A stretch of 60,331 nt of DNA, the filler included, from Sphacelaria rigidula (taxonomy: Eukaryota): NCBI GenBank assembly GCA_964200075.2. It is 9 parts of 9 records of this genome, joined end to end, with 100 filler letters (N's around TTAATTAATTAA, not from the genome) between each part and the next. Parts side by side here need not be neighbours in the genome. Positions count along the whole stretch, not along the records: positions 33,576 to 40,189 come from CAXNAA020019052.1; positions 40,290 to 46,903 come from CAXNAA020019053.1; positions 47,004 to 53,617 come from CAXNAA020019054.1; 6 more parts are not named here. The stretch is one strand, 5' to 3'. The notes below the pieces were generated by a model. The model had not been told where the DNA came from, made no database searches, and worked only from the letters and a program-made list of their open reading frames with translations. Position numbers and translations under genes: made by a program. Below, in pieces: positions 37,291-49,649 of the stretch. Numbering within the stretch: the stretch's first letter is position 1; each line of letters begins with the position of its first letter.

Positions 37291-39100
37291 GTGTTCAATG
37301 ATGGTGCTGCCCACGAGGGTAGAGCTCTATGCATCACCTCTGGTTCGGTACTTAGTAAGTTCTAGTTACTAGGGGTAACTGTTCAAGTGGGAGCACCACC
37401 ATCGAATCACATCGTGTGTACTTCGGTTGGTCAGATACTCCACGTCCTTGATCGGTGAACAGGTCGACTGGGATACAGCCAAGCCTATTTAGAACTGGAG
37501 GGTAGTACAGTCAGTGCTGCCTGTTGTACAATCGATGGTACCACGCAGTATACGCACAGCCGTGCTTACTGCAACACTACTAGAGTGTTGTTTGATGGTC
37601 GGCATGAACCCGAAGATTCCTACTGCAGTGCATTTGCTGTAGATTACCTTACGGCTTATCCCCTACTGCAAACGAACTGCCGATTGACTGCTTCCGTTAC
37701 GAGTACTGTTACTCAGAACGAGGTCAAGATCAAGGCAGCCAAACGACGGGCGTCGGGAGGTATCGGTAGAACAACACGGATGAAGCAAGATGATTTGTAC
37801 GAAGCACATCCGGGATTTCGGGACAACATGTCTTCACCTTTTTGGAAGCAGCAGAAGCTGCGCCTGTGAGCGATCGCCCCAGCCTCGCGGGTGCTGACCG
37901 CAGCATGCTGCTACTTGTAGATCAACAGCTCGTGTTGAGTCACACCCAGGCAGCGAAATGTCGCTCTCTAAGGTGCAATAGAGCACAGTTTTTGGATCTG
38001 CGTCTTGAGGGACAGCAAATCGCTGTTTGCTTATGCACAAAAGCGGGGTATCCGAGGCTAGCACAGCAGAACTTTCTCCACTTTTCTCAAATTCCTCCCT
38101 TGTTCTACTCGTGTTGTCCTGCCTTTCTGTCTCTGCCTCAGTACGTCCCCGAGCAACCGCGCGGTATGTCTACGAATACGCAGTTTGCGTTGCGGAGTAG
38201 CCGGGGTAGACGGTCGACTAACATTATGTTATTATCTATGGATGTCATGATCCGATTTCACGCTGCCTTGACCCTAGCTCAATATTGTGTTTGAGTATTT
38301 TTTCCTATAGGGGCCACCATGTTGAAATCCATACTTAATATTGAAATATCTAAATACATATCCATCTATTTTATCCTTTGCTGCCAGAAAGGCAATCAAA
38401 ATGCCGTATCCGTAGCTTGTTTAGATGGTCTCCATTTCGTGATCGCGGGCTTGAACGAGAGGATCGAATGTGGTGAATTGAAGGACGGAAATAGAGCCCA
38501 GTTCCACCTCGGCAGTCCGATACAGTTGCACGCATTTTACCCGTACGGAACTAGAGGACAACACTATGCAGCACACCTCCTTTTTCAGTGCGGTGAGGAG
38601 GGTGGCTGTTTCACCAAGCAGCCGTGGAAGCTTGGTGCAGCTGCGGAATGGGTAAGCTGCATTGTTGTGTTTTAGGTGAACTGTCTCTATTTCCGGCCGC
38701 CTGTATCCACAAGACTGCATGTTGAGTCTCGGCGCTTGCTCGCTGCACATACCGCCAGCGGCTTGTCCTACAGGCATGTATTTGGGTTCCCGGTGCAATT
38801 TGTCCGTGTCTTATAATGGGAGAGATCATGCCGTCGACAGTGCCTTGGAACGACGTACTTGTTAACCGTGCACCTTCTTCACTATGTGGGTGCTTCGTCA
38901 ACCAGAGCTGATTCGAGAACTCTAGTTTTCAGGACGTGAAATATGGTGCTGTTCCTGTTCGATCGGAAAATGGAAGATAGAAATGGCGAGGGAATGTTTG
39001 CACAATTCAGACAGAATTTGTAATATGCGGACACATTCCCTGCAAGTTCCATTGTAGTGTCTCGAGGCATACATGGTCTGCACCCGGCACATGCCCTGTT
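37291..39100 (+). pseudogene. Decayed, apparently spliced Plavaka/CACTA-like transposase
   Basis: Ordered fragments VFNDG, GFRDNMSSPFW, ACLDGLHFVIAGL, PCKFHC, some with GT/AG-like boundaries; stops present. Confidence 0.35.
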
Positions 39101-39378
39101 CGTAATATGTGAGCATTTAGTAGTCATCCTTTCGCGCCATCATCTCCCTATATGTTGCAGCTGCCTCCTGCGGCACGTATTTCGTTCCAATCACGTTTTT
39201 CGCTTGCTTCTACATACTGTATACTTACGGCGGGTAGCACAACTGCAACAACAGTAGAACAGTAGCACAACTCGTTCGGTTGTACAGGCTGGTTCAAGCT
39301 TATCACCCACATTTGTCTCATCAGCAAATGCCTTTCGCAATACCTACCCAATAGTCGCATATAAGATATCACACTTAC

Positions 39379-39765
39379 ACCGTCCTGGTGGCTCAGTTGG
39401 TAACCTAGAAACCTTATGACCGTTGGGTAGTGGGTTCAATTCTCGGAGTGATGGGGGATTTTTTCTCACACCATGCCCAACAGTGGAGAGCGACTATGTC
39501 GTGGGTACACAAAATTCGACATAACGGTCGACGAGGGAAAGGGACTGCTGGACCCCTCTCGCGATGAAATAAAAAGACAAGCACCGCAGAAGGGTGGGAT
39601 ACTGGAAACAAAAACGAGCTGGGCCAGCTGTGAGGATAACGTAACAGCGGAAAGGACCGACGGGCGGTAATTCGAAAAGTTGGGCGCTGAAAATTTGACG
39701 CAACATTTTTATCACCAGTCAGGACAGGACTAGTGTCTGTACAGTTGGAAAATAAATAAATAAAG
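39379..39765 (+). mobile_element. tRNA-derived SINE, near full length
   Basis: A-box TGGCTCAGTTGG, B-box GGTTCAATTC, body shared with 2930-3198, (AAAT)n tail at 39750-39764. Confidence 0.75.
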
Positions 39766-39956
39766 AAGTTAGAGCGACTTAAAGTTTATACGAAAACAGG
39801 AAAATCGCCATAACTCCGGTTAAATTGAAAGTAACGAATGTACGTACAACCAGGTGGTGAGCAATCGCGTCCCGGGCACTCCTGTAAAATTTCAGCCCAT
39901 AACTCGTCGAATTAGGTCTCGACGAGCAGCTCTCGTGTGAGAGCTGCGCTCTCGTA

Positions 39957-40189
39957 CCCCAGTGGTCAAACTGGTAAATTTTCGATTTCAATTGCAGAGG
40001 TCACGAGTTCGAAGCCCGACATGACCACATGATTTTTTTTTGGTGTAAATCATCGGGGATGTTTCTAATAATGATTCGGTATTTTTCTTGTTGTGCACAA
40101 TTCGACATCTTTGTCCCCTCGTCGTATGGCGTATTTCCGCGATTGACTTTATTTTTACACCGAACAACCTCTCGAAAAACGGAACAAAC
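39957..40189 (+). mobile_element. Related tRNA-derived SINE, cut by contig end
   Basis: GTGGTCAAACTGGTAA...GAGTTCGAAGCCC, T-run, then CACAATTCGACAT similar to the SINE body. Confidence 0.55.
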
Positions 40190-43100
40190 NNNNNNNNNNN
40201 NNNNNNNNNNNNNNNNNNNNNNNNNNNNNNNNNTTAATTAATTAANNNNNNNNNNNNNNNNNNNNNNNNNNNNNNNNNNNNNNNNNNNNGGACACAATCC
40301 CGGGAAACGGTTGATTCTCATTTCAAAATACGTTCTCATTTTTCTGGCAACCCTGTTTTCTGCTGCATATACGTGTAGGAACAGCAGACGCAGGAATCGA
40401 CATGTCGCAGGCAGCAAGAACCATCTCGTGATAGACCTATTGATATAGAAAAAGATCCCAGGTTCAAGGAACTGAGGAAATAGCCTCATCACCGAAGCAT
40501 CAACTGAATTGGCTCAACATCAACGTCAAATGAATTGATAACCCTATTATTAGCTTGGTGTAACTAGCCAGAGCTGATCCAAGTTAGAAACTCATATATT
40601 TTTGCCCTAGAAGCGGGAAATTCGTGATATAGAGGAAATAGTTGAACACTAAGGCCACGAAGAACTTAGAACACTCCTGATCCCCCCCAATCTTGGCCCC
40701 CAAAAAGCACCGGAAAGAAGTTGATTTGATCACATTACCGTACACAAGTCCACACAAACGCTGAAAAAACGGAGCCCAAGAAGAGAAGAAACGGAACCCC
40801 TCAAACGTCACAGATGCTGGCGGAGGCTGACATGTGTGATGTCGGACGTGACGAAGTCCGTCACGTTCCGAGTGTAGGCATCTCGGTTTTGAACGCATCA
40901 CGGTAGAAAAAAGGTGGGCAAGGGGCAAAGTAAAGGAACAAAGAGGCGTGAACAAGCGTGCAGGCTGGAGATTCCAGTGAGGCACGTTGAAAGCAAAATA
41001 AAAGGCTGCCACCGATGAAAGCAAGCATTGAAGATGTGAGGGGGCAGGATGTAAATGAGACTAAACATGGTGAAGAGGGGGTTGAACGGGGGAAATGAAT
41101 GCATAGTTGTGGTACTCACCGTAATCGGTGGTCCGGTTCCCGGCTCCGCTCCTGGTAGCCGTGGGTCGGGTACCCTGTCTGGTAGGGCTAGGTTTCTTCT
41201 TTTCGAAGGAAGGGTCGGTTTTGCTCGGTGGCGTCACGGGGTCACCTCCGGGAGGGGAGAGGGAATAAGTATTGACCCGCGGTACTTTCCGAGGTGTCGA
41301 GTTGTCGTTTCTGGACGCAAACGCCTCTTTCTCATGCAACAAGTGCCGCTGAAAATCCGACAGGAGCTTGGCACGGGTGTCGTAAATTCAGGAATCACAC
41401 CTAATAAATGCTGGTTCATTATCCCCCGCCGACAGGTCGAACAGGGTTTTTGGCGGAGGTGGCTCTACATCCCTCGCAAGGGTGATGACTGTTCTCGTCC
41501 GATTTGACGAGGCAAGCGAGGCCGTTTGTGTGGGGGTATACCCTCTCTTTACCGCCGTTGGGGTCGGGCATGCGGTGGTATGGGGTGCTGACCCCGATGT
41601 CGCTGCCACACGCAGGGCAGCGGACGGGAACCTGTTTTCTGGAGGCCTTGTGGACTGGCTTTGTCTCCTGAAATACCGACAAGTGGGTGTTGCAGGCAGA
41701 GCACCTATCGATGCCGAACGAAGCGGGAGAAGGACGAAGGGACGATTGCAGAAAGTTTAGCGAGGAAAGTACGGAAGGAAACATAGTCGTACTGTGAGCG
41801 AATGCGTGACGAACGCGTGTTGAAACCACAATGTCGAGGAGGTGAAAAAGGAAGGAAGTAGGAGAAAAAGTTGCCTTCGGTAATCAGGTTATTTCTCGAT
41901 GAACATACACTGAGAAAACCACGGTCTTTAAGTAACTGTGGCATTTTATTCAGGCAAGTACAGCGAGTAGGAGTGTGTTATCACAAAGGAGGTGGGAAAT
42001 CCCTTTCTTGTGTCCCGCTCCCCATATGTGTCGAATCGTGGTCTGAAAATGGGTGGTGTCAACTCCTACGGGAGTGCACCGAAGACATGCAACAAATGGG
42101 CTGGGCACTGAGGCAGTTAAATCTGTATATCTTTATTGTTACTGGAGTTACACCAGAAATGGCAACGAGAGCGCCAGTTGTTCAGTCCATCTGGAGGTGC
42201 TGTGCCGTTTGTCTATACCGCGTATTTTTATAGTAGCTTTATTATGGCTAGCTTCAAACAAAGAAACACGATATATACTTAGACTGTACGATAGAAAATC
42301 GTGTATGTGCAGAGACAATACACACCTCGTCGGTTGGGTCGCTGCTGATCCAGTCAAGTTTGTAGCGATGTCCCGGACGGTGGACTGTCGATCCCTGCCA
42401 TGTGTCGAAAAGGTGGGGGGGCACGGTATATGCGCGCGCGCGTAAGTGCTACATCGGTTCTTGGTTGCTCTCTCCTCTGTCCTTTCCCTACAACAAGCTT
42501 GTCGAGTAAATAAATAAAGCACAGGATTGGGGGCAGCTCGGAACACATCCTCAAGTCGAAAGTGGATCACGTACCACGTAGTTTCATATCCTCTCCACCT
42601 CAGCGAAGAACAGCGTCGGCACGCACAAGCGAAGGCAACGCAGTAAACAGAAAAATAGCTTGACCTTGTTGAGGGTAAGCAAACTGACGCGAAGAGCCTC
42701 CGAATGTAACCTCCGAATGTAACCTCCAAAGGTGACTCGAGGAAAGTTGCGACAAACAACTCTGGGGAGTTCAGTCGAGGCTCGCGCTCCTCGTACTGAA
42801 ATTGGTCGAGTTGGGGTGCTGTGGAGAACACCCAGAGACAGGAGTGAAACACAACGCCATGAGCACCAGTGAAGCTGAAACTTGTTGGGGGCGTCTCGAT
42901 TGGTTTAAGAAGAGCGGTGGGATGTTTTTTTCGCGCCGCGTGACTTTAAATCAATTTTGGGAAAAAGCGTGCGTAGTTCGGAGCTTCATAATGAGGCCCG
43001 GACGGACAGACGGACGGACACTTTTGATATTTCGGTTCAGTAGAAAGCTTTTCAGCCCTGAGAGCCTCAAAGGAAAGCTGTCCGTGTTGCAGCAACAACG

Positions 43101-43549
43101 TGCGTTTGCCCGAGGTGGCGCACGCAGGAGTGAAAGGCCGCCTCCGCCGCTGTAATGGCTGCCTGTATCTTGGGCGAAGCCGTTTGGTAACGCAGCCACG
43201 GCTGGTGCGCCCACAAATACCGAAAGGTGGAGACGTGCGTCCAGAAACGATTGGACAGCAACACACAACACACTGTGTGCACTACACTTCAAACATCGTG
43301 TTCGTACTGACTGCAGAATTTTTTTGTTCACGGTGGGGTACATTTCCATATATAACGCAGGGTCTAGTTTATTTCCACCTGTACATATATGTAATAGATC
43401 GCTCTGCTTCGCATCACACTTCCAATTTTCCTATCCTTTCTCACATTGGAATGGAATGGAAAAGGGACAGAAGAGACAGCCGCCCTCAATAACAAAAGCA
43501 AGAACGGCATACAAGCAGAAGAAGGGACGGAAAGAAAGTAGGGGCCATA

Positions 43550-44650
43550 GATTGACGATGACAATTCTTTCGCGCATCGCACCACGCAAATTCCAGACAC
43601 TATCGTTCTCGTCCGAGTGTCGTCCTTCCACGTGCGCAAGGGTGCGCAGGAAGGCGGAGCTGAGACCGGAGTCGTCGCTCGGCAAATTCCCGCTAGGTTC
43701 TCTTAATCTATCCCTGGCCACTACTTGTAGATCCATCTTGACTTACACGTACAACACGTGCCTCCCGGAATGGCAGTGGGCACCGAACGAGGCAAACGCG
43801 GTAGTGCCACCTCCAGTAGTGCAACCGTACTTGAGCCATTTCCACTGCAAACGGAACTGCGTGACGTAGTGGGTGCCCACCCAGATGAGTTACACAACTG
43901 AGGTCAAGGAGTACTCTACGCCGAAAGAGAGAGTCTCGGACGCGTCGGGCGGAACGCCAACGACTGCGTCGACGGCAGCAGCACCCGACGAAATAAATAG
44001 GCGGTCGGGGGCATTGATAGCCGAGAAAGGCAGGAAAATCCGAAAACATATGTCCGATGGGATGATCCCGCATGAAGAACACACTCCTGTCCCGAGGTAA
44101 GAAAAGTCAAGACAAGTACCTCCCAATAATAAATCAATCACGGCGGCCTGCAGAGTCCCACTATTCCCGTGAGGAACCATGAAGATAGCTGGGTCACGCA
44201 ACGCCGCAGATTGCTCGGGCGTTATCGTCCGCAGGCTGTGGTCGTCTACGAAGCAAGTAACGTGGCGCCTCCACGAGATCCCTACAGATTCTCGCGTAAG
44301 CAAAACCAGTTGAGGTTGCTGGCGCGTGTCCGGCGAGTTTGCTGGCACGTGAGCCTTGCGTCCTTGGCAAATGGCTTCGAACACGCTCGCCGTGTCGCCT
44401 ATTTGATCACTGCTTCCGGGTAAACCGCCGTTTGACACGACGAAGTCGCGCGCTTCCGCCAGCTTCACCTGATGAAGGTTAGTCGGCATTTGGGAGAGTT
44501 TGACGATGTAAGAGAGCTACGTAGCCGAATCAATCCCAGGGTGGTTGGACTCAGGAAGTGCGATTTAGTGAAAACTCTACCCGACCAGTCAGAAACGAAG
44601 ATGTCGTCCGGTCGGTCAGAATAGAACCGCAGGATTGCAGAAGGCCATCT
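43550..44650 (-). pseudogene. Decayed ubiquitin-specific-protease (USP/C19)-like ORF
   Basis: Reading through stops gives His-box-like VEYSLTSVV*LIWVGTHYVTQFRLQWKWLKYG...HVLYV*VK; internal CSSCG; Cys-box-like LQSCG upstream in another frame. Confidence 0.45.
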
Positions 44651-44734
44651 GCAGAGGGCCTCCGGTGCACCCTTTCTAGCTCTGCTGTTTTTTTAGGGCC
44701 AAGCACCTTTGATCCATCGACTCTTTGGGGCTCT

Positions 44735-44952
44735 GAGGACGTGTCTTAGCACTTTTGTTTTCGATCGAAAAATTGCGGTCGAATTTGTTTTTGCCGATCT
44801 CATAGGCCCACCGCATTCACGTTCCTTGAAGGCTTCAACTCAAAATGATAACTAGCGGCGCGCGGAGAAGAATGCGACGAGATATAAAACAATCATTTGA
44901 GATTGAAAACATGCGGTCGAAAGGCGCGAAGCGGCACTTGACTCCTATCTTA
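44735..44952 (+). mobile_element. MITE (Tourist/Harbinger-like), same family as 53853-54059
   Basis: Shares GTTCCTTGAAGGCTTCA.CTCAAAAT.ATAACTAGCGGCGC.CGGAGAAGAATGC and the end GAAGCGGCACTTGACTCCT.TCTTA. Confidence 0.7.
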
Positions 44953-45392
44953 TGAATAGGCTTCTACTTGTGATGCTAGGAAGGTCTTTTTTTTATGCTA
45001 GTCATAGAGAGTTTCGGAAAACCCTTTCTTTCATTTCAGAGTGCAAATATCTCAAGGGAGCTGAATCATCGGAAACAACTCATTGAAAAGAAGTGAAGGG
45101 GATACCACATTTGACGGAGGGGGAACTAAGTTTTCGTTACTCTCTGATCCTGAGGTATTTGCACTCTGAAATGACAAAAACGGGTGCTCCAAAAATCTCC
45201 AACATCACCAAATATAATGCTCGCAAAGTGGAATTTATGCTCGATTTATACTCGCATGTTCAAACAAATTATGCTCGATTTATGCTCCCAACGTGGAATT
45301 CATGCTCGATTATGCTCGTAATATCCAACGAGGATGGCATTCTCGACCGGATACAGACCCACCGATCACTATATATATGCATGTTATATATA

Positions 45393-46200
45393 CAGGGGGG
45401 GATTCTCAGTAGTGCAGGTATGTGCCCACCACGGACACCGGCACTACTCAGAGAGCCCGGCACTACTCTGAAAAGTGCCAAAACAGGTGCAATTGAGAGC
45501 TCTGAATACCTCAGTAGTGCCGGTTCTGGCACTACTGACGACCGTCCGTTGGTACAGCACTACGCTTGCCCTTCGTGGGACCAACGGAAGCACAAAACGG
45601 ACGAGGACCTTTGTTTCAAGGGTTTTCGATAGGATACGTCACGTAAGGTTTCGGGGTAGCAGAACTAAACCTGTTTTTTTGTTGTCTTTCACATTCAACT
45701 AGATTGATCCCGTTCACAGGTTGATCATTTCCTTCCCTCCTAGCACAACAGCAACAGTACGGTCACAAAAGTTGCTCACGGCGAAAGACCTTTCCGACAA
45801 GAAAAACAAGGACTCATCTGCACCCAACGCAACTAAGAAGGTGCGGCTTCTGGTGTGGAAAAAAACTGACGAAAGAGTACGCCAACCAAAAGGAGTAAGC
45901 GAAAAAGAATGAACCACACCCCTTTTCACGTCCTACCGGCTACCGAGACAAGGAGAGAGAGAAACAAACGACCTCGAAAACAAAACACACCGATGCAGCA
46001 GACTAGACACGACTTCTCCCGTGGCTGTGCTCGGGCGTAGATGCTACGGGCTACCCGATAACGGTGATAACCGGCCCTGTGGAAGGTAATTCGAATCGGC
46101 ACTACTGAGGGTCATCGGTCAGTAGTGCCGCCCGGCACTACTGCGAGCTCTGGCTTTGCCCGGAGATTTTACCGGCATTATATAGGTGCCTCCCCCGCGT
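45393..46200. mobile_element. Non-autonomous DNA element with GGCACTACTG/CAGTAGTGCC subterminal repeats
   Basis: Motif clusters at both ends (45406-45540, 46097-46145), G-rich and C-rich termini. Confidence 0.55.
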
Positions 46201-46221
46201 GCATTTTTTTCTTCAATTTAC

Positions 46222-46720
46222 CGGAATGGGCCTTGACTTTTTGTGCGCATGTTATTTTTCTTTTCTCTTACTGGCCGTTGTTCGCGTGGGCCTTACGGTT
46301 CATCCAAGCTACCGTTTGTTGAATTTGACGTCGACACGCCGTAGATATGGCATGCCATATCTCAATCCTTCATCCATAATCGGAGGGAAACCAACAGGAA
46401 CATTTCAGAACACTTTAACGGAATGGGCCTAAACGTTTTGTGTTCTTGCTCTTTTTCTTTTCTGTTACTGGCTATTGTTCGCGTGGACCTCGCGCTTCAT
46501 CTGAGTTATCGTGTGTTGAATTCGACGTCGACACGCCGTAGATACGGCATGCCATATCTGAACCCTTCATCCGTGATCGGATGGAAACCAACAGGAAAAT
46601 TTCACGGAATGGGCCTTAACGTTTTGTGTTCTTGCTCTTTTTTCATTTTCTTTGCTGGCCATTGTTTGCGTGGACCTTGCGGTTCATCCAAGCTATCGTT
46701 CGTTGAAATTGATCCAAAAA
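46222..46720. repeat. Tandem repeat, ~190-bp unit, about 2.5 copies
   Basis: Units begin CGGAATGGGCC at 46222, 46419 and 46605. Confidence 0.85.
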
Positions 46721-47003
46721 TGCTCGAGTTACGTCTTTTCATACATCCATCCCTGCTAACAATGTTCCCACGTAATACAGTTGTCAGCGTCAGAAGTATG
46801 CAAAATCCGTAATTTCTTAGTTTCTCAAAGGTTGTCCATATTTGTTTTGCTTGCCACCGCTCATCACAGTTATAGTTGAACGCCAAAAAAGGGCAAGAAC
46901 ACANNNNNNNNNNNNNNNNNNNNNNNNNNNNNNNNNNNNNNNNNNNNTTAATTAATTAANNNNNNNNNNNNNNNNNNNNNNNNNNNNNNNNNNNNNNNNN
47001 NNN

Positions 47004-47600
47004 ACACCACAGCAGCTGCATTACACTCACACACTCCGTAGCTACCGTCCAAGCCATCATGGGGTTCAACCGGCCTCGTAGCGCAGGAGAAATGCGCCTG
47101 CTACACACAGGGACAAAAAATACATATATCCGCACCGGACTGGACTTGGACATAGCTTTTGTCAAAAACGCGACTTAAGCAAGTTGGACATAAGCTATGT
47201 CGGCTGGAGGAATGGGAGCACGTAGTCATGTGCTGCTGCACAGTACCAAAAAGTACCGCCAACCGACTGGAGGTGGACATAAGCTATGTCCAAGTCACGA
47301 GTTGGACATAGCTTATGTCTACTTCCAGGGATTGGAATACTTGTCCGCGCTCGTCCCATGTGCCTTGCATCGACACCACAGCAGCTGCATTACACTCACA
47401 CACTCCGTAGCTACCGTCCAAGCCATCATGGGGTTCAACCGGCCTCGTAGCGCAGGAGAAATGCGCCTGCTACACACAGGGACAAAAAATACATATATCT
47501 GCACCGGACTGGACTTGGACATAGCTTTTGTCAAAAACGCGACTTAAGCAAGTTGGACATAAGCTATGTCGGCTGGAGGAATGGGAGCACGTAATCATGT
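47004..47600. repeat. Near-perfect direct repeat, 369-bp period
   Basis: 47004-47225 repeated at 47373-47594; multiple GGACATAAGCTATGTC quasi-palindromes. Confidence 0.9.
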
Positions 47601-48330
47601 ACTTGCGATTGACAGCGGTCGCGTTGCAGACAAGAATAACAACAGGTGATTGCCGCTAGTACGTTTTCCCCGCAGTGTTCCGCGATGCAGTGAGGGTTTA
47701 GACAGCGTGATTAGTACGTATCAAATGTACAGTATTCAATAAACTAGAAATGTGCTGCGATTGGCACGTATCATGTGCCTTGCATCGACACCCAACAAGG
47801 AAAAGAAGCAATAGCACTAGTATCAGCAGCATCGTTCCTGCCAGTAGATGTACGCGGCTGGGGGTGGGTCTGAAGCAGCCGGTGTCGATACTGCTGCTGC
47901 TGCTGCTGCCGTTTTTTCTCATGGGGGAGACGGTGCGCGTTTCGATCGTGCTACAACACCCACGCACCTTGGGCGTGATACCCACCGTGCTGGAAGGTGC
48001 TAGTCCGTACTACCCGCTGATGAGTCGATGCTTCCCCAATAGGCTAAGTGTTGGGAGATATGGCTGTGGGCATATCTCTGTGCGAGCTGTGCACGTCGGG
48101 TGTGTCTCGCACGCGTGGCTACTGCTGGTGACGGGAACTAAAGTCAGCCTCCAGTACAGGGGAAACAAGTGATATGTACTCGTACTGAAATGCTATGGGG
48201 GTAACAACACGGAAACACATCAGTCAATTTCAAATAGGGGGAGGCAGTAACGCGATAGGTGCATGGGTATTGCCGCACGTCGAAGCGCGAACCGCCTCCC
48301 GCATGAGAAGCAGCAGCAGCAGCAGCAGTA

Positions 48331-48773
48331 AACACGGGATCTTACAAATTGGGGATGGATCATTTATTGGGGATGAGAAACCCGGAGGATTAAAATCTTC
48401 GTACCCACACGACATTTTCGAAATATGGTTCTACTTTTTCACCTTCTGATAGCTATTGACAACTGCTACACGCTGTCCAAATTCGGATTTCCATCACCGA
48501 AATGTTGAGGTCTAGGTGAAAACCCAATTTTGGGGAATTTCGGGTGTTCGAACGGACGCCAAAATGGTTCCGAAATTAGTTTTCCCCCCAGGACCCCAAC
48601 ATTTCGGTGATGGAAATCCAAATTTCCGTAGCGTGTAGCAGTTGCCAATAGCTATCAGTACGTGAAGAAATGGAACCATTTTTCGAAGATGTTGCGTGGA
48701 TACGAATATTTTTATCCTCCGGGTTTCTCATCCCCAACAAATGATCCATCCCCAATTTGTAAGATCCCGTGTT
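48331..48773. mobile_element. Foldback MITE with ~145-bp TIRs
   Basis: AACACGGGATCTTACAAATTGGGGATGGATCATTT... inverted at ...AAATGATCCATCCCAATTTGTAAGATCCCGTGTT. Confidence 0.9.
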
Positions 48774-49649
48774 AGCAGCAGTATCAGCAGTATATTTATT
48801 GCCAGTTAATGTACGCGGCTGGGGATGCGTCTGAATCAGCCGGTGTCGATGCTGTTGCTACTAGTCTTTATCGTAGACGGTCTACCGGGCGTGGCCCTTA
48901 ATCCGTAACAGGTCCGCATTTCGACCGTACGACAACACCCCCGCACCTTGCGAGTGATAGCCACCGTGTTCGATGGCGCTGGTACGTACTACCCGCCGAT
49001 GGGTCCATGCTTGCTTACTCGGCGAAGTTCTGGGAGATATAGCTGTGCGCATCTACTCTGTACTGCTATGTATACTGTAGGACTCCAGTTTTGCAGTAAT
49101 AGGGAATAAAGTATAGGTTGCTCTGCTTTGCATCGCGCTTCCAATTTCCTTTTTTCTTCTCCTTCGATATGATGGAAAAGGAGCATAATGAGAAATCATG
49201 CGCCTTTTTAATCTAGCAAGCTAGAGTGAGAACCAAGTGATACCGAGACGGTAAAACAGCACGCGAACAGACCAGCGACTTCAAGGAGGGCGGCAGCCAC
49301 GCGCAAGGGTGTACACGGTATAAGAGAGCTCAGTTTAAGTGCCGTTTTAAGAGAGGTAAAAAAGCTTGGCACACCACTCTCTTCAACCAAATACCCCTGG
49401 TTTCTCTCAAACCGATCTCTCTTTTCTCTTAATCCGGATCCGCCCCCAACCCCCCCGCTCTTCTACAGCACAGTACTGTAGCCCGAAAAACAACATCTTG
49501 CTACGTTCGGCAGTCGAAACACACAAACAGCTTCAAGCTGCACTGACTGCAAGCACAATGCCTTGCGCGGCGGGTATTACAAAAGTGTTTGTACGGCAGT
49601 ATTAGAGCAGAGAGGTGCAACATGGCGGAAGTGTCGTACCATCTTCATA

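Noticed and set aside
20146..40189. SPT6-ZNFX1-SDHA gene cluster
   Set aside because: The three genes lie on separate contigs joined by artificial linkers
42148..42852. 234-aa minus-strand ORF
   Set aside because: No recognisable domain and no codon or splice support; probably a chance ORF
46222..46720. CRISPR-like array
   Set aside because: Whole ~190-bp units repeat with no unique spacers; eukaryotic context and no cas genes
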